From Syntrophales bacterium (GTDB taxonomy: Bacteria > Desulfobacterota > Syntrophia > Syntrophales > UBA6109), in contig DAOSIS010000008.1 of assembly GCA_035366835.1 (NCBI GenBank), positions 38,283-102,282 on the forward strand: a stretch of 64,000 nt of DNA. The letters run 5' to 3'. Below are positions 61,510 to 64,000 of this stretch, piece by piece. A program made the position numbers and the translations under genes. A model generated the notes under the pieces. That model ran no database searches, was not told where the DNA came from, and worked only from the letters and a program-made list of their open reading frames with translations. Position 1 is the stretch's first letter. Every line of letters starts with the position of its first letter.

Positions 61510-62861
61510 CTCGCTCCGGCTCCTTCCGCCAGGGGAAGCTCCGCGAAGCCCTCCTCGGCATTGACCATGTTCAGTACGACCTTTTCGTTGAGCCTGTGCA
61601 GGGTGGAGAGGAACTGAGCCGTCGGATCCTTTTCCGCCGACGACCCGCAAATCATCCTGCGCAGTTCACCTACGGAAAGCCATTGATCGTTGCTGTTGCT
61701 CACGTAGGAGAAGTTTTCAGGGAGAGGATCGCCGCCCTTGTAGTTCTGGCGCTCCCACCAGGGATAGTTGGGAAGGATGACGTACATCCCTTCGTAGGAG
61801 ACGGCGTGGCGTCCCTCCTCTTCCGTAATCAGGACTTCGTGCAGCTTTTCGCCCGGACGGATGCCGGTGTTGATGACCTCGCAATCGGGGGCGACCGCCT
61901 CGGCCAGGTCCGTGATCTTCATGCTGGGGATACGCGGGACGAAGATCTCGCCTCCCTGCATCTGGCAGAAGGCGCGGACGACGAGATCGACGGCCTGGTC
62001 GAGCGTGATCCAGAAACGCGTCATCCGGACGTCGGTGATCGTGATCCTGCCGGTCTTCTTCTGTTCCTTGAACAGCGGGATGACGCTGCCGCGGCTGCCG
62101 ATGACGTTCCCGTAACGGACGCAGCTGAAACGGGTGCCGCGGGAGCCGGAGTAGGAATTGCCCTGGATGAAGAGCTTGTCGGCACAGAGTTTCGTTGCCC
62201 CGTAGAGGTTCACGGGGTTGACGGCCTTGTCGGTGCTGAGCGCCACGACCTTCTTGACCCCGACGTCGATGGCGGCATCGATGATGTTCTCGGCGCCGTG
62301 GATGTTCGTCTTGACCGCCTCGAAGGGGTTGTATTCGCAGGAGGGGACCTGTTTGAGGGCGGCGGCATGGACGACGAGGTCGCATCCTTCCATCGCCCGC
62401 CGCAGACGGTCCGCATCGCGGACGTCTCCGATGAAGTACCGGACCATCTCTTCCCCGAAGACCTGCCGCATTTCGTGCTGCTTCAGCTCGTCGCGGCTGT
62501 AGACGCGGAGAACCCGGGGGCGGTAGCGCTCCATCATGACCCTGCAAAAATGTTTTCCGAAGGAACCGGTGCCGCCGGTGATCAAGATCGACTGCTTTTC
62601 CCAATTGATCGTGTCCATGTCCGCATTTCCCTTCTTGAGGATTCGCCGCGCCTGGTCGATGGTGCGGTTGTTGATATGGAGCAGTTCCTTGATCTGCGAA
62701 AGGTTCGTCACGTCCCGCTCCGAATAGCGCCGCTGTCCGCCGGCCGTCCGCCGGGGCCTGACGAATTCGGGAAACTCGCCTTCCCAGAAGCGGATGGTGG
62801 AAGGAGGAACCCCCAAATTCTGGCTGACTTCCTGGATCTTCGACTCTGAACTGGTCTCCAT
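61506..62861 (-). CDS. pseB: Fusion protein: MerR-type HTH domain :: UDP-GlcNAc 4,6-dehydratase (inverting) PseB
   Basis: 451 aa. Residues 1-80: IQEVSQNLGVPPSTIRFWEGEFPEFVRPRRTAGGQRRYSERDVTNLSQIKELL (MerR HTH). From residue 82: ILITGGTGSFG, YGATKLCADKLF, and a PseB/FlaA1-like remainder. Internal ATG at 62618. Confidence 0.85.
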   Translation of the reverse strand: METSSESKIQEVSQNLGVPPSTIRFWEGEFPEFVRPRRTAGGQRRYSERDVTNLSQIKELLHINNRTIDQARRILKKGNADMDTINWEKQSILITGGTGSFGKHFCRVMMERYRPRVLRVYSRDELKQHEMRQVFGEEMVRYFIGDVRDADRLRRAMEGCDLVVHAAALKQVPSCEYNPFEAVKTNIHGAENIIDAAIDVGVKKVVALSTDKAVNPVNLYGATKLCADKLFIQGNSYSGSRGTRFSCVRYGNVIGSRGSVIPLFKEQKKTGRITITDVRMTRFWITLDQAVDLVVRAFCQMQGGEIFVPRIPSMKITDLAEAVAPDCEVINTGIRPGEKLHEVLITEEEGRHAVSYEGMYVILPNYPWWERQNYKGGDPLPENFSYVSNSNDQWLSVGELRRMICGSSAEKDPTAQFLSTLHRLNEKVVLNMVNAEEGFAELPLAEGAGAR

Positions 62862-62950
62862 GTCCTGCTCCCCGTGAGATGAATTTCCGATTCGGCCCTG
62901 CCTGCGAATGTCGGAGCCGCCTTGGCTGCTCCTTCGGTTTCCCTGTCGTA

Positions 62951-62968
62951 AAACTTGAATTCAACTTT
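62951..62968. promoter_or_regulatory. Imperfect 18-bp palindrome (candidate operator) in the glycosylation-operon leader
   Basis: AAACTTGAATTCAACTTT, 16 of 18 positions symmetric with a perfect 10-bp core TTGAATTCAA. It lies just downstream of the sigma54 -12 element. Confidence 0.35.
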
Positions 62969-62985
62969 CAGGTGAACTTCAGAAT

Positions 62986-63001
62986 TGCAAACGATATGCC
63001 A
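62986..63001 (-). promoter_or_regulatory. Sigma54 promoter of the 15-gene glycosylation operon
   Basis: The minus strand reads TGGCAT-ATCGT-TTGCA, a near-consensus -24/-12 element, about 125 nt upstream of ATG 62861. Confidence 0.65.
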
Positions 63002-63110
63002 GGAAGGTCGATGTCGATTTTTCTGCAATTTCGGCCGGTTGGGGAAAATGGCGTGCGGCCCGGGCGGGGGATGGGAAAATTTTTCCGGTCCGATCCGGTC
63101 CCTGCGACAA

Positions 63111-64000
63111 TCAGAATCCGCGGGTTGGACGGTGCGTCACGGGGCGAACTTCCCCGGCGGACCGGTCTCCGCGCAGCGACTGGATGGCCTCGAGGATCCG
63201 GACCGCCCGATGCTGGTAGGTGTGCTCGGCCAGGACACGTCTGCGCGCATTGGCGGCGATCGCCTCCCGTTCCGCCGTCGCGGACCGGTAGCGGGCGGCG
63301 GCCTCCATCATGTCGTCCCAGGTTCGTACGGCGACGACCTCGTCGGCGGGATGAAAGTGCAGGGGAAGAAGCGACCGCATATCGGAGATCTGGAAGCAGC
63401 CCATGCCGGCGAGCTCGAATGTGCGCGGGTTCACGAAGTCGCCGGTGCCGAGGTCCTTCGGGACCATGGAAGAGTGGAGGTTCAGATTGACGGCGGACCG
63501 GCGGTAGACCTCCTGCGCCTCCCGGTCCGTCACGCGCCGGCTTCCGACGATCGTGCCGGGATGGCCGTAGCGGTCCCATTCTTCTCCGTAGATCCGGATG
63601 CTGTCCTTGCCCAGGAGGGACAGGTAGTGGACGCGGTTGGGGTAGGGGGCTCCCACGAAGGACAGCGGAAACGGCGTCGGATCTCCGAGAGAGCGGGGCG
63701 GCAGGCGCCTGTCGTAGGCGGCCGGAAGATACCGAAAATTCCGGCACCCGGCGGCTTCGAGTTCCCGCCGGAAGGGCTCTGTCTGAATCGCGAAGAAGAG
63801 GTCGAAGTGCGGCGCCAGCGTCTTCCAGTAGGGGAAGAGGCGGTAATCTTCCGTGAACCAGTAAGCGAGGACGATGCCGGCCTGGCGGAGCTGCGAGAGG
63901 ATCTGCGGATCCTGGAGCGGTGACTGGGCGATGCCCAGGATGGCCTCGGGACGGAAGGCGAGGACGGTCTCCAGCAGGCGGGTCTTGAGGAGAAGATGAA
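63111..64000 (-). CDS. CgeB/DUF3880-type glycosyltransferase (5' end outside the window)
   Basis: The frame is open to the window edge (HLLLKTRLLETVLAFRPEAILG..YWFTEDYRLFPYWKTLAPHFDLFFAIQ..). C-terminal FVNPRTFELAGMGCFQISD..ARRRVLAEHTYQHR. The ORF-track start at 63656 is only an internal GTG. Confidence 0.65.
   Translation of the reverse strand, partial: HLLLKTRLLETVLAFRPEAILGIAQSPLQDPQILSQLRQAGIVLAYWFTEDYRLFPYWKTLAPHFDLFFAIQTEPFRRELEAAGCRNFRYLPAAYDRRLPPRSLGDPTPFPLSFVGAPYPNRVHYLSLLGKDSIRIYGEEWDRYGHPGTIVGSRRVTDREAQEVYRRSAVNLNLHSSMVPKDLGTGDFVNPRTFELAGMGCFQISDMRSLLPLHFHPADEVVAVRTWDDMMEAAARYRSATAEREAIAANARRRVLAEHTYQHRAVRILEAIQSLRGDRSAGEVRPVTHRPTRGF

Noticed and set aside
63656-63656. The ORF-track start (63656) of the last minus-strand gene as its true start.
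   Set aside because: The same frame stays open to the window edge with glycosyltransferase-like sequence. The tracked 'M' is an internal GTG (Val), so the gene is 5'-truncated by the window.
1-64000. A search for CRISPR arrays, tRNA/rRNA genes, transposases, integrases, prophage genes, toxin-antitoxin systems or known defence-system genes.
   Set aside because: None was found. The only repeats are the four non-coding MITE-like copies and short promoter motifs. Every sizeable ORF with recognisable motifs is flagellar or sugar-biosynthetic.

Overview
This is a GC-rich (by eye about 60-65%) bacterial chromosomal segment, and almost all of it is one flagellar super-locus. No rRNA, tRNA, CRISPR array, transposase or phage gene is visible.

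**Plus strand, 1 to 37.7 kb**
- fliE-F-G-H-I-J, a motE/ylxF-like gene, fliK, flgD, flgE.
- motA followed by two motB paralogs, then fliL-M-N-O-P-Q-R, flhB-A-F-G and fliA.
- Six poorly characterised genes: a second FliL, an H-box-only kinase-like protein, a small acidic protein, a TM/coiled-coil/HTH protein, a FliK-C-like protein and a free FlhB_CC-like protein.
- flgF-G-A-H-I and a rod-binding-only flgJ, then flgM-N-K-L, csrA and fliW.

**Minus strand, 64.0 down to 37.9 kb**
- A partial CgeB-like glycosyltransferase gene at the window edge.
- A tightly coupled operon of about 18.5 kb and 15 genes for pseudaminic-type nonulosonic sugar synthesis and flagellin glycosylation. In order: MerR-HTH::PseB fusion, pseC, Gfo-type oxidoreductase, SpsF-like cytidylyltransferase::class-III aminotransferase fusion, pseG, formyltransferase, pseI, a pseA/hisH/hisF-like amidino trio, GNAT, TPR-GT2, Maf, a Maf-N-like protein and GT9.
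- fliC, a 999-aa fliD, fliS, a FliT-like gene and flaG.

**Non-coding signals read directly from the DNA**
- Five sigma54-type promoters (TGGCAT-N5-TTGC).
- Four sigma28-type promoters (TAAAGTTy-N12-kCCGATA).
- Two strong intrinsic terminators.
- A CsrA-type fliC leader.
- Four copies of a 120-160 bp inverted-repeat-bounded MITE-like element in intergenic gaps of flagellar operons.

**Most unusual observations**
- The motB pair has reciprocally degenerate essential motifs.
- The FliK-like plus free FlhB_CC-like pair lies directly upstream of the rod genes.
- The six-gene uncharacterised block lies between fliA and flgF.
- The glycosylation operon contains regulator-enzyme and enzyme-enzyme fusions and appears to be sigma54-driven.

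All family assignments come from motif recognition by eye. No database search was run.
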